NCBI GenBank assembly: GCA_951406725.2
Contig: OX597814.1
Location: forward strand, 30,132,001 to 30,196,000
DNA length: 64,000 bases
Direction of reading: 5' to 3'
Source of the DNA: Octopus vulgaris
Lineage: Eukaryota
Positions 13,020 through 25,415 of the stretch are shown piece by piece. Both the position numbers and the translations under genes were made by a program. The notes beneath the pieces are model-generated. The model saw nothing but the letters and a program-made list of their open reading frames with translations, ran no database searches and was not told the origin of the DNA. Position 1 is the first letter of the stretch, and every line of letters starts with the position of its first letter.

Positions 13020-13620
13020 CACTATCATCATTTGACATAGAGGAGTTGAATGACATCACAAAAGGTCACAACCAGTTACAGCTGAAGAACAGATTTCAGT
13101 CACTGTCACACCTTAAGAGTGTTGAAGAACAGTGGACTATGTTCAGAATAGCAGTTACAGAAAGTTCTGAATGTACTATCAGCTACAGAAAATCATGAAA
13201 GGAACATGGGACAGGGGAAGGCTTGGATTATAGAATTTAACTAATGAATGTAGGACTGAAGAATAAAAGATATCAAAATTGAGACAATAACACTGTACTG
13301 CATTGTCAGGGAGTTGATGGGTCCAAAAAATAACATGTGTACCAGTCGAGGAAAAAATTGGCCAACTTTTGCAAACAGGGAAAGGACAAATTTAGCAGAT
13401 GGTGGGAGAAATTTCAAACTTTCAAGAAGCCTTGAACCAGTCAGATCCTGTCATACTCTTAGTTCAGCTTAGAAGAACCAGTTGAATTCTTACTAAGAAA
13501 CTGGTGTGCTCACAGAAGAGGAAATAAAACAAGCACTTGAGAAACTGAAAAGCAACAAAGCTGCTGGATACTGCAATATTTAAACTGAATTCTTAAAGCA
13601 GAAAAATCTTTAAGGCCATA
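13020..13620 (+). mobile_element. Highly decayed RTE-like LINE fragment
   Basis: Remnants such as RWWEKFQ and TEEEIKQALEKLKSNKAAG...ELK; no intact ORF. Confidence 0.5.
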
Positions 13621-14420
13621 TCAAAAGATACTCACCCAAAATACCATCCAATTAAAAGTGAACCTAGAGCTATGTTAAATTCCCAGTCATGATGCCAAGG
13701 TACTTGACTGGCACTCCATCGGTTATGACAACAGGTGTTCCAGTTGATCCAATCAACTGAGCAGCCTGCTTGTAAAATCAATATGCAAGTGGCTGAGCAC
13801 TCCACAGACATGCATACCCTTAATGTGACAAGACCGACCCTTTGAATTACAGATACTACTCATTTTTACCAGCTAAGTGAACTGGAGTAATGTGAAATAA
13901 AATGTCTTGCTCAAGGATACAGCATGCTGCTGGGAATGGAACTCACAGCCTTATTATTGTGAGTTGAATACTGTAACCACTTGGCCACATGCCTTCATGT
14001 CAGGATACTTATTTGTGACATCAATATGAAGATCAGCAGAAAATGACATTGAACCGATTGTTGAATCAAATAAAGAAAGCAGTGAAATTGAAGAATGCCT
14101 GATATTGTTCTGTAACATAAACAACTTTTTCGCCAGCTACATCTGTTTCCTACACAAAACAATCTATAAATAGACATGGTGATCATCTGATGGGAACACC
14201 TACTATGAAACTAATGTTGTTAGCATTAATGCTCATTGGAAGCATCGATGTTCAAACCTGTTAAGGAACCAATGTAGGAGCAGATCACCACCTTGTGAAA
14301 GCTACATTGAAACTTCAACTAAAGAAGCAGAAGCTCACTCCCATCAATATCTATAAAGCTGAAATGCGAAAAAGTTGTTTGATTTCTTGGTTATTTGTCT
14401 CATTTTGGGATGGGAATGGT

Positions 14421-14647
14421 TTAACCCTTTAGTGATCAGGTTATTCAATCAAACATAATGCCTATTGATTCCCATTGATTTGAATTAATCATGCATTATT
14501 TCATATCTTCAAGATCTTGATGGTGTAATTACTTAATGTAGAATAACATTGTAGGGTAGGTGTGATAGCCTGGATTTGGTCAGTTTGAACATAAAACAGA
14601 CTAGCTATTTTGGCCGGATATGGCCGGTTTAAATACTAAAGGGTTAA
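14421..14647. mobile_element. piggyBac-type MITE (family also at 18534-18761 and 62014-62565)
   Basis: TTAA-CCCTTT(T)AG...CTAAAGGG-TTAA; shared internal gtttgaacataaaacagg. Confidence 0.75.
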
Positions 14648-15553
14648 GGGGCTGTAGATGGGGTTGGATTGGAGCGAAAATTTACACTGGTAGGTAAAAT
14701 GGGGTGGGCAATTGTGTGAGAAGGGTTGCAAGTCACTCGAGGCTACCGCTTGGTTGCCATGGTGAAGAATATGGGAAAAATTGAGTCTTATGGGATAGAC
14801 AGGTTGTGCTGTTTGAATAATGGTGGCTTTTTGTGTTGCTGCAGGGGCTAGAGGTGGTTATCTTTAATTGTGGGTGTAAAAATTTGGGGGATTTTGGAAA
14901 GCGGGGTTAAGAAGAGGGCAATAAAAGGAACCAGACAAAGAAGACAAACAAAAGAAGAAAGGGAAAAGGAGACAACACGCACAAAACAACACCACCACCA
15001 AAACCCGAATGAAGCACGGGTCAAAATAGCTAAAACTAAGATTTCTCAAATTAACCTTTTGATCTTTTGGTTGATGTTGACTCTACTTAAGTAGAGTACG
15101 TATCACTTATGATTTCATTTATCTCTCTCTTATAATTCCTATATATTTTTCTTATTATCTTAAAAAACAACAACAATCATCAACATATTATTATTATTTG
15201 ACTGACTCATATTTGGTCTTATTCCTGGTAGAATTTATGTGGGTAGCAGGTTACTTCTTGTAACCTTAGATAACCACAAGATTTCAGTTATCGTTCAAGT
15301 GCTCAAAACCCTTCTGATAATCTTTTTTTTTTATTACTATTGTTGTTGTTATTATTATTATTATTATTAAGGCACCGAGCTGGCAGAATTGTTAGCACAC
15401 CAGGAAAAATGCTTAGTGATATTTCATCCATTTCTACGTCTTGAGTTCAAACTCTGGCATGGTCTACTTTGTCTTTCATCCTTTCGGGGTCAATAAAATA
15501 AGTACCAGCTCAGTACTGGGGTTGATGGAGGAAGAGGAGGATCATCATCATCA

Positions 15554-15615
<62 letters not shown>

Positions 15616-16172
15616 GAGTGAGCGAGCAGAGCATGCCATCAAAGTGACACTGGGGTAAAATATACTAAGCCCAGTATACCCATCATGACTACCCGTCTGA
15701 TAAGGGTACACCAGGCACATGCATCACAACCATATGTGCGCAACATGGTGATCTCATATCAAGATAAACAGCACATGACCTTGAAGGTGGGGCCCAGTTA
15801 GAATTTTCTTCAGATCGAGTAACCCGTCCCGCTCAAAAGGTCCCTGAATAAGGATTGTTTAAGGATGTTGAACGAAACACCCATGTTTCCAGAGGTGAAT
15901 TATTCAAAACCAAAAGAATCCTTCTCAACACATGGCTATGATGCTCCCCCACTACTTCTGCTCGTGATCAGAGATGCACATATCGTCAGCCACTAAGGGA
16001 CATGCTCAACTGGTTAAGGTCAAACAACTGACAAGCAAATCTGTGGTATTGAGCAGAATATTTGCTGTAGCCCATCTTTTATACCAAGACAAAACAATGT
16101 ACATGATAACACTTCCAATCAGTTAAGATCAGAAGCCATGAGTGCCACTGCCTGGTACTGCATCAGGGCATT
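15616..16172 (-). mobile_element. ~555-bp non-autonomous element flanked by (TAA)n on both sides (family E)
   Basis: Near-identical copies at 1-130 (partial), 41501-42044 and 56385-56938. Fixed ends aaatgccctgatg... and ...ctctctcactc(aat)n. Sense strand assumed from the (AAT)n tail. Confidence 0.8.
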
Positions 16173-17057
16173 GATAACACTTCCAATCAGTTAAGATCAG
16201 AAGCCATGAGTGCCACTGCCTGGTACTGCATCAGGGCATTGATAACACTTCCAATCAGTTAAGATCAGAAGCCATGAGTGCCACTGCCTGGTACTGCATC
16301 AGGGCATTGATAACACTTCCAATCAGTTAAGATCAGAAGCCATGAGTGCCACTGCCTGGTACTGCATCAGGGCATTGATAACACTTCCAATCAGTTAAGA
16401 TCAGAAGCCCATCTACTGCATCAGGGCATTATACCATCAGAAGCCATGAGTGTCACTGCCTGGTAACAATGATAACACTTCCAATCAGTTAAGATCAGAA
16501 GCCATGAGTGCCACTGCCTGGTACTGCATCAGGGCATTGATAACACTTCCAATCAGTTAAGATCAGAAGCCAGTGCCACTGCCTGGTACTGCATCAGGGC
16601 ATTGATAACACTTCCAATCAGTTAAGATCAGAAGCCATGAGTGCCACTGCCTGGTACTGCATCAGGGCATTGATAACACTTCCAATCAGTTAAGATGCCA
16701 TGAGTGCCACTGCCTGGTACTGCATCAGGGCATTGATAACACTTCCAATCAGTTAAGATCAGAAGCCATGAGTGTCACTGCCACTGCATCAGGGCATTGA
16801 TAACACTTCCAATCAGTTAAGATCAGAAGCCATGAGTGCCACTGCCTGGTACTGCATCAGGGCATTGATAACACTTCCAATCAGTTAAGATCAGAAGCCA
16901 TGAGTGCCACTGCCTGGTACTGCATCAGGGCATTGATAACACTTCCAATCAGTTAAGATCAGAAGCCATGAGTGCCACTGCCTGGTACTGCATCAGGGCA
17001 TTGATAACACTTCCAATCAGTTAAGATCAGAAGCCATGAGTGCCACTGCATCAGGGC

Positions 17058-17060
<3 letters not shown>
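16105..17060. repeat. Tandem array of the terminal 68 bp of family E (14 units plus one partial)
   Basis: Unit gataacacttccaatcagttaagatcagaagccatgagtgccactgcctggtactgcatcagggcatt starts at 16105, 16173, 16241, 16309, 16377, 16471 ... 17003. Several units carry small deletions; followed by (TTA)n. Confidence 0.95.
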
Positions 17061-17147
<87 letters not shown>

Positions 17148-18769
17148 AGTGGCAAGCTGGCAGAATAGTTAGCACACCAGGCAAAATGCTCAGCACTATT
17201 TTGTCTGCCATTATGTTCTGAGTTCAAATTCCACCAAGGTGGACTTTGCCTTTCATCCTTTTGGGGTCGGTGAAATAAATACCAGCTGAACACCAGGATC
17301 CAGTCTGATCTGGCAGTGTTTCTATAGCTGGATGCCCTTCCTAACACCAACCACTCAGTGAGTGTAGTTGGTGCTCTTTATGTGCCACCAGCACAGGGGC
17401 CAGAGGAGGCTGGCAATGGCTTTTTATATGCCACCAGCATGGAAGCCAGTCAAGGCAGTGCTGGTATTGGTCACATTCAGATGGTGCTTTTTACATGCCA
17501 TCGGCACAAGTATCACAACTACAATTTCCACTTGATTTTCATTTTGATGTTGATGTACTTGACTCTATAGGTCTTCTCAAGCACAGCAGGTTGCTCTATG
17601 ATCCAAGGTACTTTTGAATGGGCTGGAGGTGGTTATGCAAAACTGGTGTAGGATACAGCTGTGAACTCACTTTATTTGCCCATCTTTGCAGTCACAGCAT
17701 ATCTCCAGAGGTCTCGGTCTTTCGTCAATGCCTCTGTGACGCCCAGCGTTCGAAGGTCATGCTTCACCACCCCATCTCATGTCTTCCTGGGCCTACCTCT
17801 ACTTCGTATTCCTTCAACTGTTTGGGAGTGTCACTTCTTCACACATCTCTCCTCATCCATCCATAGAGCACTGGCATTGACCATTGACCACTGGCACAGG
17901 AGCCCGTCAGGCGGCATAGGCATCAACCATGCTCAAATGGTACATATTACATGCCACCAGCATGAGTGCCAGTCAGGTGGCACTGGCATCGACCACGTTT
18001 GCATGGTGCTTTTTACGTGCCACCAGCACAGGAGCCAGTCAGGCGGCACTGGCATCAACCACGCTCAATGGTGCTTTTTATGTGCCACCAGCATGGTAAA
18101 TGTAGATGTAAAGAAAAAAAATAGAAAGGATGATGATGATTCAATCCTTCCAGTTGTTAAAGTAAATACATAGAAGTATCACGTGACCCATCACGTGACC
18201 GACCAGTCCATCAGATGTAGTTACACATCGCTGGTCACAATGCGCTTCGCATTGTTTTAGCCTTCGAATGACGCCACTCCACTGGCTAAGCGAGCAGGCC
18301 AACAGAGGAAAGAGTGTGAGAAAGAGTGGTGAAAGAGTACAGCAGGGATCACCACCATCCCCTGCCGGAGCCTCGTGGAGCTTTTAGGTGTTTTCGCTCA
18401 ATAAACACTCACAACGCCCGGTCTGGGAATCGAAACCGCGATCCTACGACCGCGAGTCCGTTTCCTTAACCACTGGGCCATTGCGCCTCCACACACAGAA
18501 ATATAGAAAAGCAAAAAATATAATAAAGATTCATAAACCCTTTAGCATTCAGATTGCTCAACCAAATGTGATGCTTTTACATTCACGTTACTTTGAATGC
18601 ACCACACATTATGTTGTAGCTTAGAGATTTCAGTGATGTGATTGAATATTTTTAGAATGACATTACAGGGTAGGTGTGAGAAACTGGATCTGGTCGGTCT
18701 GAGCATAAAACAGGTAGAACATTTGGGTTGGATGTGGCTGGTTTATACGTTAAAGGGTTAATGAAAATT

Positions 18770-19172
18770 GGAGTGGCTGTGTGGTAAGTAACTTGCTTAT
18801 GAACCACATGGTTCCGGGTTCAGTCCCACTGCATGGCACTTTGGGGATGTGTCTCCTACTATAGCCTCGGGCTGACCAAAGCTTTGAGAGTAGATTTGGT
18901 AGACGGAAACTGAAAGAAGCCCATCATATATATTTATATATGTGTATGTGTGTGTATACATTTGTGTGTCTGTGTTCGTCCCCCCCAACATCGCTTGACA
19001 ACCGATGCTGGTGTGTTTACATCCCCGTAACTTAGCGGTTCAGCAAATGAGACCGATAGAATAAGTACTAGGCTTACAAAGAATAAGTCCTGGGGTCGAT
19101 TTGCTCGACTAAAGGCAGTGCTCTAGCATGGCCACAGTCAAATGACTGAAACAAGTAAAAGAGTAAAAGAGT
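18770..19172 (+). mobile_element. SINE family A copy ending ~30 bp from an nrf-6 donor site
   Basis: High identity to 10742-11155. Confidence 0.85.
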
Positions 19173-19202
19173 ATAGATTATTTTAACTTGATGACTACAT
19201 AC

Positions 19203-19396
19203 CATATCATTCATACTTGTGAGTGCTTTGATTGGAAAGATGACTTGGCAGTATTTTGGTTTGAAAGGCTGAAGCATAAATTCTGTTGAGTTGGTAGGAA
19301 TAGCTACTTTTGCAGAGTTACATTCATCAAAAGAACCAGGAAATGTGAAGTCTCCTTCAAGAATCCCACTTGGTGGCTTCCCATAAGAATCAAGCA
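19203..19396 (-). CDS. nrf-6: NRF-6-like paralogue B exon 2, NRF domain (MLDSYGKPPSGILEGDFTFPGSFDEC...PKYCQV...NDM)
   Basis: Classic NRF motif DS-x-GK-P-x-SG-I-L-x-G...G-x-[FY]DEC. Acceptor ttacag at 19397-19399, donor gtatgt ending 19202; 194 nt, phase 1 to 0. Confidence 0.93.
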
Positions 19397-19621
19397 CTGT
19401 AAAAGAAAAATGTCAAAACGGTAAAAATCTTTAACAATTATTTTGAAAATATTTTTTAGATGAAAGAGCAAAAATAAATTTCAGATAACAGGGTGATATA
19501 GTAAATGTATTAAAGCATTTAATTTGATCTTCTTTTGTCCTAAGTTCAAATCCCACCATAATCAAAGTAGCTAGTCATTCCCTTGGAATAAATAACAGAA
19601 ATGCTAATAAAATATTATTTA

Positions 19622-20033
19622 TTCTTTTACTTGCTTCAGTCATTTGACTGCGACCATGCTGGAGCACCGCCTTTAGTTGAATCAAATCGCCACTAGGACT
19701 TATTCTTTGTAAGCCTAGTACTTATTCTATTAGTTTCTTTTGCCGAACTGCTAAGTTATAGGGACGTAAACACACCAGCATCGGTTTTCAAGCGATGTTG
19801 GGGGGGACAAACACAGATACACAACATATACACACACATACATACATATATATATATATATACATATATACGATAGGCTTCTTTCAGTTTCCATCTACCA
19901 AATTCTCTCACAAGGCTTTGGTCGACCCGAGGCTATAGTAGAAGACACTTGCCCAAGGTGCCATGCAGTGGGACTGAACCCGGAACCATGTGGTTGGTAA
20001 GCAAGCTACTTACCACACAGCCACTCCTGTGCC
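19622..20033 (-). mobile_element. SINE family A copy, inverted relative to 18770-19172
   Basis: Reverse complement of family A. Confidence 0.85.
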
Positions 20034-21448
20034 TGTGCATTCTGATTTTTAGAATAGGTTTAGCATGTTCTTAACTTTGTAAGAGGCATCTAAAAGGGTT
20101 GGCTTCAGGAAATGCAATCAGTCATAAAACACCATCAAATCTCTCTCTCTCTCTCTTCCAGCCAAATCATACTTCCTTTTCCATAATTTTCTCTTATTTC
20201 CAGTACTCATTCTTCCATCACCCTTTCTACCTCCAATTATCCAGTCTTCCCCATTTTGTTGTTCATAATTTTTCTATTCAACCTCTTTACTAGCAATCGA
20301 CATGAAGCACAAAAATGATGATGATAACAATGATACAAGGATAAATTCAATAACTGTAACCATCCTTGACAAAGTGATCTTGTGTTTAATTAAGGGTGAT
20401 CGATATTTGTGTCAAACTAATGATAAGTGCTACATTAGAGAATTAAGCTACTGCTGTACCAAGTCAATGATCATGCTTTAGTTCTTAAAGTAATTTCACT
20501 TCATTTATCTATCCATCCATTCATTCAACTATTCATCTATCCATCTTCATATCCCATTATTCCTGTGAGTGTCATCAGAGCAGTGTCCTTTGATAAGTCA
20601 TTCAGAGTCTGTCAGAAGCAATGATTAATAAATGTTCCAACATGATTCCCAACTGGAACCAACCAAGGTTATGAATATTATTCAACCATCTCACTTGTGA
20701 TTTTCCCCTCGGTCTCCTACCAGTTGGCCTCATTCATAAAAATCTGCCCTGTGATTCTTTCCTCAGACAACCTGCGGTACCAGAGCTGTAACCTTTCAAT
20801 GGGAGAAATACCTCAACAAGGAGCAAATCTCTGAGCTATGCACGCTATTGAGTGAGGAATCCTATTTTGGTTCCTGATACTCATGATCATACCTTTTTGA
20901 TCACTATGATCTATGATTGCAAATACAAGTGACCAAAATGGAGTTCCTCTGAAGAAACCCTACTTCATTTATATTTATAATAACAGTTCCATGAGGCCTC
21001 ATATATATGACACATATACAAGGTGGGTCAAAAATCACACTATCATTTAATACATATTTATACTTTAAATGATGGTGTGGCTTTTGGCCCACCCTGTTTG
21101 TGAAAAGATACATACATTTATTCTCTGAAATGTTTATACCTTGTAAAAAAAACTGAAATATTACAACTTACTCCAAATATTCTTCATACTCAATCATAAT
21201 TCTAAATCACATGTACAAAAATTAATATTTTAGCAAAGGTAAAAGCTAACAATATTATTTCCTGAAATGCTAATATTCTTGAGAAAGGCATAAATGTCCT
21301 AATCTCCTATTCTCTTTAGCTCTGGTATAAACCTGGGGATCTTTCTGATTATTATTAATTTTCAGTTAAAAAAAAAAGGAAGAAAGAAAGAAAAAAATCC
21401 CTTAAAATTAGCTCTGATTGTAGACAGTCTCATGATAAAAGTACTCCA

Positions 21449-21830
21449 GTGGAGGCGCAATGGCCCAGTGGTTAGGGCAGCGGACTCTCGGTCATAGGGT
21501 CGCGGTTTCGATTCCCAGACCGGGCGTTGTGAGTGTTTATTGAGCGAAAACACCTAAAGCTCCACGAGGCTCCGACAGGGATGGTGGTGATCCCTGCTGT
21601 ACTCTTTCACCACAACTTTCTCTCACTCTTACTTCCTGTTTCTGTTGTACCTGTATTTCAAAGGGCCGGCCTTGTCACTCTCTGTGTCACGCTGAATATC
21701 CCCGAGAACTACGTTAAGGGTACACGCGTCTGTGGAGTGCTCAGCCACTTACATGTTAATTTCACGAGCAGGCTGTTCCGTTGATCAGATCAACCGGAAC
21801 CCTCGTCGTCGTAACTGACAGAGTGCTTCC
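21449..21830 (+). mobile_element. SINE family C copy
   Basis: High identity to 12537-12923. Confidence 0.85.
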
Positions 21831-22215
21831 TCTCTAAAAGTAATATAGCTATGAACTTCCTGTCCAGCCATGTATCTCCTCTAGCAAGACACCTGTGCTC
21901 GCTTATTTGTCTATCATACTTAAGCTTTTAAAACCTGGTGTAAAGCCATCTCTCTTTCTTTCAAATATACTCCTACTTGATAGAGGGGAATTTGTTTCCT
22001 TTTTCCTTTGTTTTGCAGCTTATTTGGAGACCTTACTAGTGCTGGTGTCATGTAAAAAGCACTCAGTACACACAGTAAAGTAGTGGGTGTCAGGAAGGAT
22101 CCAGTCATAGAAACTATACCAAAGCTGAGATTTGGGCCTGATGCAGATCTGCAGCTTATTGAATCATGTCATGTCAAACTGCCCAACCTAAACCAGCATG
22201 GAAAATGGATATTAA

Positions 22216-22248
<33 letters not shown>

Positions 22249-22540
22249 ATATCCAGAACTTACGTTTTTTTAAATGTTCTTTTTAAGAAGTTGTAAACTA
22301 TGCTTAATTCCAAGATTAAAACAAAAAATTATTTTATATGAAAGTTTGCTAATAAATAGACAAATGTTGAAAAAAAAACAAAAAAAAAAACGGTGAATTT
22401 TAACTCACAACATTCAATTATTAAACATTCATAATTGCAATGAATAAATAAAATTGAATATTAAGTATTTAAGGAATTTTTATTTACTGTCGGGTAACTT
22501 TTGGCCAACGCTATATATATATATATATACATACACATAC

Positions 22541-22592
<52 letters not shown>

Positions 22593-22597
<5 letters not shown>

Positions 22598-23215
22598 TGG
22601 CATCAAGTCAAAGATTTCCTTATGGGTACAGCAATTATATATCACCTGAGAAGATACAACTATATCTCATTATACAGGTAAACTGTTGCTTAATTTAAAT
22701 CCTGTATATATGTGGATCTATATTGTATCGAAACATGTGTAGTGTTTATTAAATAGCCGGCTAAATGTACTCCTTCCTGTTGACTATTTATTGAAAATTA
22801 CAATATTAGTCCTCTTATAATTTTCTCATACCTCTGTTTATATTTTATCTAATATGAATAATATAATGCATCTAATAATAATAATAACTGATTCATTTGT
22901 ATGCATATACATGCACGTATGGATGTACATTTAAATGTAGGTATATGTATTTATGTATATTTATGTAGATGTAAAAGTATGTATATGTGTGTGTATTTAT
23001 ATTTATAACTTAACCTTATGTACTTTCTAAAATCTCTGACAAAGCCTAGAGAAACACCCAAGTACCTCAATTTCATCTACTAATTACTTCAGTCCACTGG
23101 AAGGATAAAAGTAGAATGAGATATTTTTGTCTCTTGGTTGAAACAACTGTATGATATTATCCCAATTTCTATTGCTATAAGTTATATATTCTAATAATTA
23201 CTGATATTTTTATAT
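22593..23215 (+). mobile_element. Non-coding PLE-like remnant in (TA)n with two degenerate hammerhead-like motifs
   Basis: CAC-CTGAGAA-GATACAA...TTGTATC-GAAACATGTGTA-GTG (22643-22744) and ATCT-CTGACAA-AGCC...GGTT-GAAACAACTGTA-TGAT (23032-23155). Flanked by TA tracts. Confidence 0.45.
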
Positions 23216-23242
23216 TTTATATATTATATATGTAAAGCATAA

Positions 23243-23632
23243 TCTCTCTATATATAAAGCTGAAGTTGTCTGTGTATGGCAGGTTTGGTAGCCTTCAACT
23301 AACACTATCTCCTCCGAGACCCTGCGGCGCAAGTTGACCAAAATTGAGAGTATGATAGAAGGCTTGCTCTTCCTACTGTAGAAGAAAAATTTCAAATCGG
23401 ACAATGTTAACACCAAAAATTATTTACATCAAAAAGTTGCTCTTTTTCTATGAAAATATCTATTTTTTTACGATTTTTTGATTGCTGTGTTGCCATTTTT
23501 CAGTGTATTTCAACCAGAAAAATGTTCACTTAAAGAGAATAACAAGCTACATAATGCAAAATTTTTACTTTTCAAAAATTCCAATTCTAAAGGGTCGAAA
23601 CAAACCCGAGCAACGCCAGGCGATACTGCTAG
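23243..23632 (+). mobile_element. Non-autonomous Helitron
   Basis: 5' TC(TCTATATATAAAG), 3' GC hairpin cccgagcaacgccagg then CTAG; inserted between A and T. Confidence 0.75.
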
Positions 23633-24309
23633 TATGTTATACATGTATGTATATTGTTAAAGTTGTCCTTTTAGTAAATAAATAAATTGACATAATATAA
23701 TGTCTAAAAGTTGAATGCCATTTATTGATCCCTTCCATTTTCTTATTGCTCTCTCTCTCTCTCTGAGAATGTATGTATGTACACACATACACATATGTGG
23801 GTATGTATGCATGTATATGAATGTATATATACATGATGGGCTTTCATTTTCATAATCCATTCACAAAACCTTTTTTTGGCTTTGGACTATAGTAGAAGAC
23901 ACTTGTCCAAGATGCTATGTAGTAGGATTGAACATGAGACTACAAGATTAGGAAGCAAGCTATTTAACCACACAACCACACCTGCACCTATTGATGTACA
24001 TACTCTTTTACTCTTTTACTCATTTCAGCCATGCAGCTGTGGTCATGCTGGAGCACCACCATGTAAATGAATATATAAAATTGAAGTTAAAGAGAGCAAA
24101 TGATTAGAAATTAAAGGCTGTGTGGTAAGTTATAGGTGCAGGATTGGCTGTGTGGTATGTAGCTTGCTTACCAGCCTCATGGTTCTGGGTTCAGTCCCAC
24201 AGCAGGACACCTTGGGCAAGTGTCTTCTACTATAGCCTCGGGCTGACCAAAGCCTTGTATGTGGATTTGGTAGACGGAAACTGAAAGAAGCCCATCATAT
24301 ATATATATG

Positions 24310-24342
<33 letters not shown>

Positions 24343-25072
24343 TTGTGTATCTGTGTTTGTCCCCTCTCCCACCAACATTGCTTGACAATCGATGCTGGTG
24401 TGTTTATATCCCCGTAACTTAGCAGTTCAGCAAAAGAGACCGTTAGAATAAGTACTAGGCTTACAAAGAATAAGTCCTGGGGTCGATTTGATTTGACTAA
24501 AGGCAGTGCTCCAGTCAAATGACTGAAACAAGTAAAAGAGTATTGCAGTTCTGTCAAGAGAACAGACACGTTGTATCATCAAGATTGGAAACACTATCTA
24601 ATGTTATGGTATCATATCCAATGTTATGGTATTGAAGTAGAAACTAAAATTTGTTGGATAAAAAGTACCACTCTACAAAAAGTAAGCCTTTTACTTACGA
24701 TGACAGTACAGTATGATACATTTATTTAGTCTCATAGTGGTATCAGATCCCTTACAGTTTCTTTGGACCATTCATATCTGTCATATACTTTTGAAAGTAG
24801 GCAGTGGTGCAGCTAGGGTGTGTGCTGTCCAAAGAGTAATTGAATCTGCTGCTCCTGGTCCCCAGCCCCTTGCTGCCATTTATACAGGATTATAACCCAA
24901 AAGTGCTGCCCTTATAAAAGCATTGCTCTAGGCAAATCATCCCAATTACCTCCTGCACCAGCTATACAACTAAACATGGGTATAGATGTCTTATAAACAT
25001 TGCTACATATGGAAAGAGGTGAGGATTTGATAAACACTGACGAAAATTTAGTAATATAAAAATAAAACTTAC

Positions 25073-25415
25073 TTTGTAGTGCCCATGGGTACCTGTGAAC
25101 AAGGGATCCAAGAAATGTTTTGGTATCTTCACAACATTTTTTTGATACATTAAGGGAAGAAATTTTCACACAAATATCATCAAAAATCAAACTCTTAGCT
25201 TTCTCAATTTCATGCTTGTTGTTATGAAGATATTTATTTGTAGACAGTTTGTCCAGATAATTATAGCCTTCAGCATCATGATATGGTGAACTAGATAAAT
25301 TCTTGCTATTTGCTAAGATACGCCATAGTTGTAAGTAGTGTGGGGGATACTTTAGAGAAGCATGTATCGTTGGTATAATTACCAAAAAGATTATTATCAA
25401 GATTTGTTTGTTCAT
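25073..25415 (-). CDS. nrf-6: NRF-6-like paralogue B first coding exon: signal peptide (MNKQILIIIFLVIIPTIHA) plus start of the NRF domain (VSKKCCEDT...PWALQ)
   Basis: ORF 24912..25415 truncated at donor gtaagt 25067-25072 (phase 1). WALQ-M-LDS-x-GK is formed across the junction with the next exon. Confidence 0.88.

Noticed and set aside
16105-17060. CRISPR-like array
   Set aside because: Units are contiguous copies with no unique spacers, derive from the adjacent element end, have no cas genes nearby, and the context is eukaryotic.
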